From a virus (Duplodnaviria; Caudoviricetes), in IMG/VR virus record IMGVR_UViG_3300020411_000002: a DNA stretch of 64,000 nucleotides; one strand, 5' to 3'. The position numbers and the translations under genes are program-made. Shown piece after piece: positions 34,862-44,172 of the stretch (position 1 is its first letter; each line of letters starts with the position of its first letter). The notes under the pieces are model-generated. The model was not told the origin of the DNA. It worked only from the letters and a program-made list of their open reading frames with translations, and made no database searches.

Positions 34862-35877
34862 TATGCAATACCTGCACCTTTAGTTAGACACATGATACGC
34901 ATACCAGTGTTCTTAGGGAAGTTAGCCTGCATACCTACGTATTCTCTGTTCTCACCTTCATCGTACATGCCGATTGGTACTACTTGGTTTTGAGAAATAA
35001 CGTCTGCGCTAGTGTAAGCAATCATATCTAACTCGTAAGCGTAAGCATAACGTTGTGTGTTAATGCCTTGTGGAAAGAAAACAATATATTTGTTCTCTTC
35101 TGATAACGCTACTTGCTGAATAGGATTGATAATAGCACGAGAGTCAGGTCCTGATTTAACTGCGCTTTCAGGTCTGGTAGGTGCGTTGATATCTGTTTCG
35201 TAAACAACGAATTGAAGTATTCCGTTTTCTACTGCATCAAGGTTTTCTGAGTCTGCAATGTCTGTACTTCCACCACCTGCTGTAGCAAATACACAAAACA
35301 AAGGACTCTTGCCTGTAGTTACTACAGTACCATCTTTCTGCACAGGTCTTTGAATAGTAAACCAGCTAAAACAATCGCCAGCTTTATCGAAAGATTCTGC
35401 CCAAACAAAGAAGCTTATACCATGATCGGAAATAGACAGTCGGAAACTTATTGGAATAGCGCGAGGGTCTACGCCGCCAATGTTGAAACAACTCCAATTA
35501 GAATCTGTTCTAGACATGAACTTAGTGTTCGGGTCATCAACCTTGTTGTTTAAGAACATGTGACCTGATTGTGTACCAGTAGCATTAGCAGCTACAGTAA
35601 ACGTGTCAGTGATTTGAGTATTATGTACTGCCCAAAAGCGTAGGTATCCACCTTGTGCTTCTGTAGCATCCATGACTAGTCGCCATTCTTGGTCAACTGG
35701 ATCTACACTAGCAGTCGGAGCAAATACATAACTTGTTGTACTATCACTCGGCGCTGGATTTGTAGCACTACCATTAACTGCAAGCAAGGTGAAGCCGTTA
35801 GCTATTAGTAAGTCTGCAAGATCTTTACCGAGCTTTTGTACAGATACGTAATTGTTACGTTCTACGGAAAAGCCCAT
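34861..35877 (-). CDS. Virion structural protein, paralog 2 of 5
   Basis: Same motif set as the other four paralogs. Confidence 0.75.
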   Translation of the reverse strand: MGFSVERNNYVSVQKLGKDLADLLIANGFTLLAVNGSATNPAPSDSTTSYVFAPTASVDPVDQEWRLVMDATEAQGGYLRFWAVHNTQITDTFTVAANATGTQSGHMFLNNKVDDPNTKFMSRTDSNWSCFNIGGVDPRAIPISFRLSISDHGISFFVWAESFDKAGDCFSWFTIQRPVQKDGTVVTTGKSPLFCVFATAGGGSTDIADSENLDAVENGILQFVVYETDINAPTRPESAVKSGPDSRAIINPIQQVALSEENKYIVFFPQGINTQRYAYAYELDMIAYTSADVISQNQVVPIGMYDEGENREYVGMQANFPKNTGMRIMCLTKGAGIA

Positions 35878-35890
35878 CTAAGTTCTCCTG

Positions 35891-36331
35891 TTAAAGAAAG
35901 CGTTTGAAGTCAAATAGACCTCTTTCGTGTTTAAAGTGATTTATCAGAATCTTAAATTCTTCTGAATTTCTGTCCATCCACTCGGCTGGTGGGTTAGCGT
36001 GTTGGATAAAGTCTTTGTTAAACTTTCTATACTCATTAGCAAACTTTGGATCAGAGTTAAGCTTTTGTTGCATCAACTCGCCGTCTATTTCGTTCTTTCG
36101 AGAAAACGCATCATAGAGTCTGTTCTTAGCATCTTTGCCGTAAAGAAAAATGAAAAGCTCTGGACGTTTGTATTTACGGTAGAGTTCTAAAGCTTCAAAG
36201 AAAACTTCCGCAACTTTAATTATGTCGGCGGTCTTTGTTTCCAAGTAATAAATCTTGTTCATTACTTTTTGAAACTCTGCCGCTAAGCCTATCTTGACTA
36301 TCTTTCCAGATAGAGTCATTAGTACTTTCAT
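35891..36331 (-). CDS. Hypothetical K/F-rich protein inserted in the paralog array
   Basis: Unrelated sequence; starts MKVLMTLSG. Confidence 0.6.
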   Translation of the reverse strand: MKVLMTLSGKIVKIGLAAEFQKVMNKIYYLETKTADIIKVAEVFFEALELYRKYKRPELFIFLYGKDAKNRLYDAFSRKNEIDGELMQQKLNSDPKFANEYRKFNKDFIQHANPPAEWMDRNSEEFKILINHFKHERGLFDFKRFL

Positions 36332-37362
36332 TACATTCCCTTACCGCCAATCTGACAAAGTATTCTCATACCCTTATTGTCTTTAACGTTAGCATTAAGA
36401 GCTTTGTAGGTACGTGCTGTTTCTTCGCCAAATACAGTAAAGCTAGGTCGTGACCATTGGCTTAATACGTCGGCACTTGTATAAGCTATCATATCTAGCT
36501 TGTAGTCGTATAGATAACGAGGAGTGCTAAAGCCTTGTGGAAATCTAATCACATAGCTATTATCTTCAAGTATGGAAACCTGCTGTACTGGATTAATCAT
36601 GGGAAAGCTATCCGCAGTAGGAATACAAGCAGATGCAGGAGGAATAGGTTTGTTTACGTCATCTTCACGTACAACGAAATAGTAGATAGAGTTATATACT
36701 ACTGCATTAGACGCATCATTGAGATAGCGGTCTTCGCCTAATCCACGCTGAGAGAACATACACATTAACGGACTCTTACCCTCTGTGATAATAAGACCTG
36801 TGTTGCAATCGACTGGACGTTGAATGAGAAACCAATTGAAACAGTCACCTGCATTGTCAAATGATTCAGCCCACATTGAAAAGAATACACCGTGATCGGT
36901 AATAGACAAATGGTAGCTAAGCGGAATGGCTTTAATGTCTACATTATCAGGTTTGAAGCATGACCAAAGAGTTCTATCTTTATGTCTAGTAAAGAACTCA
37001 GAACCGCTTACTTCTCGGTCACTTGAGTTCTTTGGACTTAATCTACCAGATTCTCGTTTTTCTTCATACTCAGTAGGAGATTGCGTATTATCAATCTGAG
37101 TAGGCGTACAAACCCAAAAATTAATATATTGGCCTGAATCGCTGCAATCCATTATAAGAAGCCAAGGTTGATTTTCGTCTTCTGCTAACGGGTCTACAGA
37201 GGTAGTAGCTTTGAAGATATACTGCTTAGTATTAGGAGTGATTTGACCTCCATAGAACTTATCTGTGGCTATAACCTCGAAAGCACCGCTAATGTTTAAA
37301 TCAGTAGCTAACTGAAAGCCTAGTCGATTTAAGTCAGTAAAGCCGTTACGTTCTACATTCAT
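36331..37362 (-). CDS. Virion structural protein, paralog 1 of 5
   Basis: GKSPLMCMFS, YFVVREDDV, INPVQQV, LDMIAYTSADV, NKGMR. Confidence 0.75.
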   Translation of the reverse strand: MNVERNGFTDLNRLGFQLATDLNISGAFEVIATDKFYGGQITPNTKQYIFKATTSVDPLAEDENQPWLLIMDCSDSGQYINFWVCTPTQIDNTQSPTEYEEKRESGRLSPKNSSDREVSGSEFFTRHKDRTLWSCFKPDNVDIKAIPLSYHLSITDHGVFFSMWAESFDNAGDCFNWFLIQRPVDCNTGLIITEGKSPLMCMFSQRGLGEDRYLNDASNAVVYNSIYYFVVREDDVNKPIPPASACIPTADSFPMINPVQQVSILEDNSYVIRFPQGFSTPRYLYDYKLDMIAYTSADVLSQWSRPSFTVFGEETARTYKALNANVKDNKGMRILCQIGGKGM

Positions 37363-38165
37363 TATTCTAACACCAAATAAGTTAATGTCATTTTAGGGGT
37401 AATAGGTCCGTCACCGACATTAGTAAATCTAAAATAAGCACTTCGAGTAGAGGGTTCTTCCATGTTAGCTAAGAAGCTATATCTACGAAAGAACTCATAA
37501 GAGCCGTCATCTGAAACACGAATACCTTGGTCAACCAATAGATTAACATCAGATATAAAAGTATATGGATTCAAATCAGAACGATTAGGTCCTGTGAAGC
37601 CTTCAACTTTCAAATCGTATGCATTTACTTCTAGCTTCAACATCATAATCGTTTTGCCTACATCAGGAATAACGAAGTCATGAGTTTCACCAGACTGCAT
37701 TTGCTCAGGCGCTGTATACTCTACAATACCACGAGAACCTGCATTAGATATATAATCCATCCACACAGGTTTGCTTTGAGCATTAAGACCAAGAATCTGA
37801 CCGGGTGTGCCTGGCACTGGTACTATACGATTCGGGTCTATGCTTAAAGTATTTTCACCAAGAACTTGAATAGGAGCTTCGACTTGGTAGTCTGCACCAA
37901 ACTTTAACTCTTCCCAAGTTTCTTTATCTGCCGTTAGCTTGTAGATGGTAGAATCTTCTACCACATAAGCAAGCTGTCCTTCTTTACGGGCATCAAACTG
38001 TTCTAGCATACCATTAAAAGACTTACGCTTAGAATCTTCTATCCAAGTGTTGCGGTCAGCTATCGTTTTGAATACACGATAGCCGCCTTTAAGATAAGAG
38101 TCTTCAATAAGATATGGTATGTTAGCACTAGAAGGCACAAAGTAACTAGTAGCTGAAATTGGCAT
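37362..38165 (-). CDS. Probable virion structural (fibre-associated) protein
   Basis: KGGYRVF.T.ADRN and R.EG.LAYV.ED..Y.L motifs resemble fibre N-terminal modules; GQILGL...PVW. Confidence 0.5.
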   Translation of the reverse strand: MPISATSYFVPSSANIPYLIEDSYLKGGYRVFKTIADRNTWIEDSKRKSFNGMLEQFDARKEGQLAYVVEDSTIYKLTADKETWEELKFGADYQVEAPIQVLGENTLSIDPNRIVPVPGTPGQILGLNAQSKPVWMDYISNAGSRGIVEYTAPEQMQSGETHDFVIPDVGKTIMMLKLEVNAYDLKVEGFTGPNRSDLNPYTFISDVNLLVDQGIRVSDDGSYEFFRRYSFLANMEEPSTRSAYFRFTNVGDGPITPKMTLTYLVLE

Positions 38166-38177
38166 ACCTTACTCCTA

Positions 38178-40691
38178 TTATGCTTCACCAGATGCTGCGC
38201 TACCACTTCCATAAGTAATGCTGAACGTTGCAGCAGGTCCGAATGCGAAGTCTGTACGATAGACGTAGTAGTCTGTACCACCAATGTTGATTTCAGCAGG
38301 TGAACCAAACTCACCGTCGTTGAGAGAGTGTTTACCCATATCCCAACTACCAGCTTGGTTATTGCCTGTATTGACAATATACAGATAGCCCCAATCTTTT
38401 GGATAAAGAATAAAGCCTTGCTCTTCGTTATTGTCGTTAAGAGGACCTACTGTAATCTCTTCACCAGATGTACCAGTTAGTTCACCACCACCTAACGGAT
38501 TAGAATCAGTTAGTAGATCGTAGAACGCTGGACTTGCGTAGTCTGCTCTATAGTCTTGGATAGGTGCAACACCGTAACGTGGTGAAACATCGCTATCAGC
38601 AACATTAAGTGCAAGCGTATCTTGAACAGTAGTACCGTTCTCAGTATATGTACCTCGAATAGTAACAACCTTGTTACCTGTAACGTCACCAAGAAGAACA
38701 TCGTTATTGTTCACACCAGTAAACGTACTTCCATACGCATTACCAACAAACGAACGGCTAAGACTAGGACTAGTTTTAACGTTTGCTGTACTATTATCGC
38801 TATACGTAACAACGTAAGTAATTATTGCAGTCTGACCCTCAGTGTATTCAGTACCACTATCAGTAGATACTTCAAGAGATACAGGTACAAGTGCGGCAGC
38901 AATGATATCAACGTCTTTAGTTGCAGACATTGTTTGACCTTGAATCTCATGAGAAGCAGAGATTGTTACCTGCTGATCAGAGTCAACATCATTAGCAGTT
39001 AACACACCTGACGATGCAATCGAACCGTATGTATCACCTGCTGTAATTGACCAAGTTGGATCATTAGTAAAGTCCTGAGTAGAACTATCATCGTAAGTAA
39101 CACGCAAGCGGTACTGTGAAGTAGTCTGCTCGTTAACAGAGTTCGCACCAACAATTACAGCACTAATAGGTGCTGGTGGGTTATTGATAAGTGCAACGTC
39201 CAAGTTAGCTCGTACTGTATTACCATGTTCAGTAAATTCAGCAGTTAGCCTTACTGAGCGGTCTTGATTGATAGAGCCAGCAGTTAGTTCCTGTCCATTC
39301 AATGTGCTATATGCATTGCTTGACTGTGCAAACGAATCAGGAGTAAATGGAACAACTTCTGAACCATCATCGTACACAAGCTTAACTGTGTAGTTAGCCG
39401 ATTCGCCCTCAGCAAGAGAAGTAGGCCCAATGATTTCTAGTGATTGAATAAGTGGGTCTGTATCAAGAATCGTAACAGTCTTAGATGCAGTAACTTCAAC
39501 ACCGTCATACGTATAAGACGCATCAAGAACAGTAGTCTTGTCACCACCATTAACTTCTTTAGCCGTAAGTAAGGCAGTACCGTTAATAGTAGCATAGTTA
39601 GTTTGACTACTTGTAATACTATCAGCAATAACGTCCTGAGTAGAGTTGTCGTTAAACGTAGCACGGACAACATACTGGAACGTTGTATTTTCGTCGATAG
39701 CATTATCACCAACAATTTCTAAACCAACTACTTCAAGACCTACAGAAACCTGAACGTTATGAGTATCAGTAACTGTGATTCCATCTTCTGTATACGAAGC
39801 GCTTAAAACCACCTGCGTATTTGAAGTAACATTATTGGTAGTAAAGTCACCTTGTACATTGATAGAAGATATAGAAGTATTAGACGTAGTAAACGAGTTC
39901 GGCTGTACTTGGGCAGTAGTTCCATCAGCGTAGTATGCTGTCACTGTAAATACTGCGGAATCTTGCTCTGGTACATTGGTAGGTCCGTTAATAGAGATAC
40001 CAATCAGTGAACGGTCGATTTCTACCATATCGTCCTCAGTCGGAAACTTCCAAATAGCAATCCATTCGTTTGGATTGCTTTCACTCTGACCGATAATGAA
40101 TAACATCATACCTTGCTGCGGCGGCGCTGACGTAGAAACAAGAGCATAATCATTAGCATTAATTTTAATCTTGGTTCTTGGATAGTCGGGGTGCGTATGG
40201 AAAGTAGGATACCGATCATCTGAGTTACGTGGGTCTTCAATTGAAACGACACGAGACTCAGCTTCTTCTGCGCTAAGTACAACCAAACCATGCTTATTTC
40301 TTGCAGCAGGACCTGTAGGCTCTGCGTCTGTAGTAATACCATGCAAGCGAGGGTCTTCTACTACTGGTGAGTAATACTGGTCAGGAGTCCATAGATCTGC
40401 ATACGCTTGAATCTCTTCCCATGAATTTTTATAGAAGCCTGTATCAGCGTGACTGATACGCTTCAATGCTTTCTGATAAGCTGGATGTTCAGGGTCAGCA
40501 GGCAACCAAATAACGTTATATGGAAGTTGACTGAATGTAGGTTCAAAGAAAGAAACTACCACAATAAACAATCTGTTTGGGCGTGAACGCTCTGGCTGTA
40601 TCTCAAACTTAATAGGAGTATCAGGTGCTACGTTTCGATAACCTGCAAGTGTAAGATAATTACTGATAAAATCAATTAATTGTTGATCCAT
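38178..40691 (-). CDS. Fibre/appendage protein with shared anchor domain and five Ig-like repeats
   Basis: ~90-aa repeats (I.G...V.E.....Y.V...Y.D.ST..V) x5; N-terminal domain shared with the ORFs starting at 41773 and 42430. Confidence 0.7.
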   Translation of the reverse strand: MDQQLIDFISNYLTLAGYRNVAPDTPIKFEIQPERSRPNRLFIVVVSFFEPTFSQLPYNVIWLPADPEHPAYQKALKRISHADTGFYKNSWEEIQAYADLWTPDQYYSPVVEDPRLHGITTDAEPTGPAARNKHGLVVLSAEEAESRVVSIEDPRNSDDRYPTFHTHPDYPRTKIKINANDYALVSTSAPPQQGMMLFIIGQSESNPNEWIAIWKFPTEDDMVEIDRSLIGISINGPTNVPEQDSAVFTVTAYYADGTTAQVQPNSFTTSNTSISSINVQGDFTTNNVTSNTQVVLSASYTEDGITVTDTHNVQVSVGLEVVGLEIVGDNAIDENTTFQYVVRATFNDNSTQDVIADSITSSQTNYATINGTALLTAKEVNGGDKTTVLDASYTYDGVEVTASKTVTILDTDPLIQSLEIIGPTSLAEGESANYTVKLVYDDGSEVVPFTPDSFAQSSNAYSTLNGQELTAGSINQDRSVRLTAEFTEHGNTVRANLDVALINNPPAPISAVIVGANSVNEQTTSQYRLRVTYDDSSTQDFTNDPTWSITAGDTYGSIASSGVLTANDVDSDQQVTISASHEIQGQTMSATKDVDIIAAALVPVSLEVSTDSGTEYTEGQTAIITYVVTYSDNSTANVKTSPSLSRSFVGNAYGSTFTGVNNNDVLLGDVTGNKVVTIRGTYTENGTTVQDTLALNVADSDVSPRYGVAPIQDYRADYASPAFYDLLTDSNPLGGGELTGTSGEEITVGPLNDNNEEQGFILYPKDWGYLYIVNTGNNQAGSWDMGKHSLNDGEFGSPAEINIGGTDYYVYRTDFAFGPAATFSITYGSGSAASGEA

Positions 40692-41038
40692 TATTCTTCT
40701 CCCTCAGCGACCTGAAAAGATTGAATGATATCAACGGTGGTAACTCCATCAGTTAATATACATCTTAAATCTACAGTTCCGGGTTGGTCAAACGTTACGT
40801 CAAAGTACTCTGCTTCTACGTGCGTAGGATTGTCAGGTAGTGGAACGTTGATAGGTGGACCGTATTCAATACTGGCTTTCATATCTACTACTGACATATC
40901 TGTAGGATTGAACCAGCCTACAAAGTGCATTTCGTTTTGATCGTTTTCTCCCCAAATAGGCATGAGAACACGTTTAGTTGTACCGAGTGGAATCTTGTCA
41001 GGATGACTGACTCCGTATCGAGTTGTTGTACTTGGCAT
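40691..41038 (-). CDS. Hypothetical structural protein
   Basis: GGAG SD; lies in the appendage operon. Confidence 0.6.
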   Translation of the reverse strand: MPSTTTRYGVSHPDKIPLGTTKRVLMPIWGENDQNEMHFVGWFNPTDMSVVDMKASIEYGPPINVPLPDNPTHVEAEYFDVTFDQPGTVDLRCILTDGVTTVDIIQSFQVAEGEE

Positions 41039-41047
41039 GGTAGCTCC

Positions 41048-41773
41048 CTACGCTAAAACAATATCAGCAGATACAATAGAGTAACCAGACAAGCTATCGG
41101 CGCGTGACGGGTTATCTTTGTCTAACTCAGTTACCGCAGGATAGATTTGATTAGTAGTCAATCCATTCCATGCGCTATCTCCTAAGAAGTCTGCCAATGC
41201 AGTACCACCTTCTACAGGAGCCCCATTCGAAATAACTACAGCGCGTCCTGTAGTTGCCAGTCTTGTTGCTGGAACTTCATCATGCATTTCATCATGCGGA
41301 AGTGGATAACGCGAATCACTAAGAGTAGGGTCGCCCTCAGTAATAACAACAGGGTCTCCTGGGTTAGTTGATGCAACTGTTAGTCGAACAGTACCAAGCG
41401 TACTAGAACTAGCTTCTTCTGTAGTAGGCAGAAGATTATCTTGTGGGTCCCAGAATTGTTCGTCCCACAATTCGTCGAATGTATTAACTTTGTTCCAAGT
41501 ATGGTTGAACGTACCTGTACTTGGAGTAGCCTTTGATTCACGGCGATACATGGTTAAATAGTCAGAGCGCGAACTGTCAAACTGAATCCAAAGAACATTC
41601 AAAGGAAGTTGCATTTCATGAGGTTCAGTTTTAGAAGCTACAATTGTAGTAGTCTTCAATATAGTCGGGTTCGTCTTTCTAACTACGATAGGTGTATTAT
41701 GTTCAGAGATATTGGTATACGACATAATTCCCAAAACATAATCACGTAGTTTTTGTGATTGAGCGTCAGCCAT
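41048..41773 (-). CDS. Anchor-domain paralog 2
   Basis: TPIV, EP...LPLNVLW, D.R.SDSRYP.PH..H motifs. Confidence 0.65.
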   Translation of the reverse strand: MADAQSQKLRDYVLGIMSYTNISEHNTPIVVRKTNPTILKTTTIVASKTEPHEMQLPLNVLWIQFDSSRSDYLTMYRRESKATPSTGTFNHTWNKVNTFDELWDEQFWDPQDNLLPTTEEASSSTLGTVRLTVASTNPGDPVVITEGDPTLSDSRYPLPHDEMHDEVPATRLATTGRAVVISNGAPVEGGTALADFLGDSAWNGLTTNQIYPAVTELDKDNPSRADSLSGYSIVSADIVLA

Positions 41774-41785
41774 AGGAATACCTTA

Positions 41786-42430
41786 TTAAGTTAAATCGTC
41801 AGGTTTGATTTTACGCCAAACCAAATCACCAGCATCATCAAAAAGAAGTGCTGCGCCTACTTCTGGAACGCTATCAATAATATTAGCGTGACCTGTAGCG
41901 TGAGCCAACATAGTAGCAGGACTTTCTTCGTGTGTATGCGCTTTGGGTGTACGAGAGTTAGAAAGACGTTCATCGCCTTCCACAATAGCAACTGGATAAT
42001 CACTATCGATTGGGTCTATGCTGAGTCGTACTTTACCTAGTGCTTCTGTAGTAGCAAAAGGAACTGGACTAACACCAACAAGTGTTAAGTCACTTGGGTC
42101 ATACACCTGCTCTTCAAGAACATCTTCATAGAAGTATAGAACTTCCCAATCTTGCGTAATGTTTTCAGATTGAAAAATACCAGGGTCTTTAGATATTCTA
42201 CGAAGTGCTTTACGGTACAACATACTGTCAGGCCTAAAGCATATCCACACGACGTTCATAGGAAGAACCATATTAATAGGCTCTCCCTGCGCACATACAA
42301 TAGCGTATGTGCGATTAGTTGAAACGTCGGTATGTCGCATAACAATAGGTGTATCTTCGGATTGCTCATTGATACCCGACAACTTCTCTAAGTTATAGAT
42401 AAGTTGTTCGAGCTTATATTCCATACCCAT
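41786..42430 (-). CDS. Anchor-domain paralog 1
   Basis: TPIV, EP...LPMNVVW, DERLSNSRTPKAHTH motifs. Confidence 0.65.
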   Translation of the reverse strand: MGMEYKLEQLIYNLEKLSGINEQSEDTPIVMRHTDVSTNRTYAIVCAQGEPINMVLPMNVVWICFRPDSMLYRKALRRISKDPGIFQSENITQDWEVLYFYEDVLEEQVYDPSDLTLVGVSPVPFATTEALGKVRLSIDPIDSDYPVAIVEGDERLSNSRTPKAHTHEESPATMLAHATGHANIIDSVPEVGAALLFDDAGDLVWRKIKPDDLT

Positions 42431-42440
42431 AAAATTTACC

Positions 42441-44084
42441 TTATAGTGTTGCGCGTGAACCAGTTGGATTCACATTGAACGTTACGTGAATTCGCTTAGC
42501 CGCGATAACAGGGTCCATTACCATATCTAGAACTAGATCACCATTGGCAATTGTATCGTTAGTGTTGTTTCGTTCATCACAAATGTTCTGATACTCGTAA
42601 ACACCACGACCTAAACGAATAGGTTCTAGAATTGAATCAGCAATACCACGAATTCTATCACGTAGTAACTGATCGTTTGGACGGAACACGCCGCGTAGTG
42701 CTGAACGCTGTGCAGTTTTAAGAACGTAGTTTACTAGGCGAACAACGTTAACGTACTGGAATGCAGTTGCATCTTTCTGAGTAGTTTGTTGTCCCCAAAT
42801 AACGTAACCGCCACCACGAGGCATTTTGCGAATTGGATTGATTTGAGCCATATCCAATGCATCACGCGCACCTTGGTCATAGTGAACACGAGTACCAAGA
42901 ATTTCAAGAGTACCTAGTTCAATACCAGCAGGGGCAAACCATAGCGCACGATTGTTATCTGCTTTCGCAAACGATGCCGCTACATAACCGCTTGGTGGTA
43001 CGTATAGTTCCAAGTCATTAACCGAATCGTATACGAGAACGTCACTTCCATAAATAGCACTAGCACGGCTAGACATATTAAGAATGTTGTTCTTGTAGTT
43101 AATCGCGTCTGCTACTTCTTGCTTATCGCTAGGTAAGTCTAGGATAGCAACACTATCGCCACGACCTAAAGAGATTTCATTTAATGCATGATGTACAGTG
43201 TGGTGAGTATATCCGCAGTTAACAAGAATATCGATATCGACTTCTTCTGGGTCGCTGTAATGCTCTTGCCAAGCTTCGATGATTTGATCGTTAGTTACTG
43301 GAAGACCGTCGCTACCGCCGTCTAGAACAATGCTAGCTTTAGATACGATTTGGAATTCTGAACACAGGTCATTGTTCTTAACGCGAATCAGTTTAGACTT
43401 CTTGTTAATAACATCTTCGATGAATAGCTGATTGCCTTCTTCATCAACTTCATGATGACGAGTAACAAGAAACGATTCATCAGGACGCGTCTGACCTGTA
43501 GCTTTAGCAGCAAACACATCTACGTAGAAGTGTAATGGGTTATGACCGTTACCACGAATAGCAACACCAGCAGGATTAGATGGACGTACTTGAACTACGA
43601 CACCGTTGTTCCATTCACCTGGGTCAGCAGCACAGAAGTACGCTACCAAGTTAGAAACGCCTGGAGTTGTTGGGGTAAAGCCAAGTGTATTAAGAGGATC
43701 TTCGATGCCTTCTGGATCATTCGTTGTTTGATTAGTCCAGTTACTCATTGCCAACTGAGGGTTCTGAGCATTAACATCGTCAACTGTAAGGTAAGTACCG
43801 GCTGTCAGCGCTTTGTTAACTACACGAGTTACATAGCACATGCTAGACTGGTAAAGGAAAGGTTCAACTGAATAGTACATATAACCAAATTCAGGACCGC
43901 CAGCACCAAATTGTGCTTTATAGTCTGCGAAATCAGTTACCAATGTACGTTGACCTACAGGGCCGCGTGGTGCGCCGCCAACAAATGCTGCAATAGAGCT
44001 TGGAGCATTTGCAGGGCGTTCACTTAAATCTTTGATATAAGTGTATACCCCGTAAGCTGGATTAGATGGATTTATGATAGACAT
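42441..44084 (-). CDS. Contractile tail sheath protein 2
   Basis: GVYTYIKD, FVGGAPRGPVG.RTLVT, PPSGYVAA, WFAPAG, INPIR, CDERNNTNDTIANGD. Confidence 0.9.
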   Translation of the reverse strand: MSIINPSNPAYGVYTYIKDLSERPANAPSSIAAFVGGAPRGPVGQRTLVTDFADYKAQFGAGGPEFGYMYYSVEPFLYQSSMCYVTRVVNKALTAGTYLTVDDVNAQNPQLAMSNWTNQTTNDPEGIEDPLNTLGFTPTTPGVSNLVAYFCAADPGEWNNGVVVQVRPSNPAGVAIRGNGHNPLHFYVDVFAAKATGQTRPDESFLVTRHHEVDEEGNQLFIEDVINKKSKLIRVKNNDLCSEFQIVSKASIVLDGGSDGLPVTNDQIIEAWQEHYSDPEEVDIDILVNCGYTHHTVHHALNEISLGRGDSVAILDLPSDKQEVADAINYKNNILNMSSRASAIYGSDVLVYDSVNDLELYVPPSGYVAASFAKADNNRALWFAPAGIELGTLEILGTRVHYDQGARDALDMAQINPIRKMPRGGGYVIWGQQTTQKDATAFQYVNVVRLVNYVLKTAQRSALRGVFRPNDQLLRDRIRGIADSILEPIRLGRGVYEYQNICDERNNTNDTIANGDLVLDMVMDPVIAAKRIHVTFNVNPTGSRATL

Positions 44085-44135
44085 AATTACTCCCTAAAAG
44101 GACTATATAAAGGCTGAATTTCACAGCAATCTTTA

Positions 44136-44145
44136 TATAAAATTA
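44136..44145 (-). promoter_or_regulatory. Candidate late-promoter motif TAATTTTATA upstream of sheath 2
   Basis: Identical to 9641-9650. Confidence 0.4.
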
Positions 44146-44172
44146 TAAAACTTTAAGAGAGTAAGTAAACCG

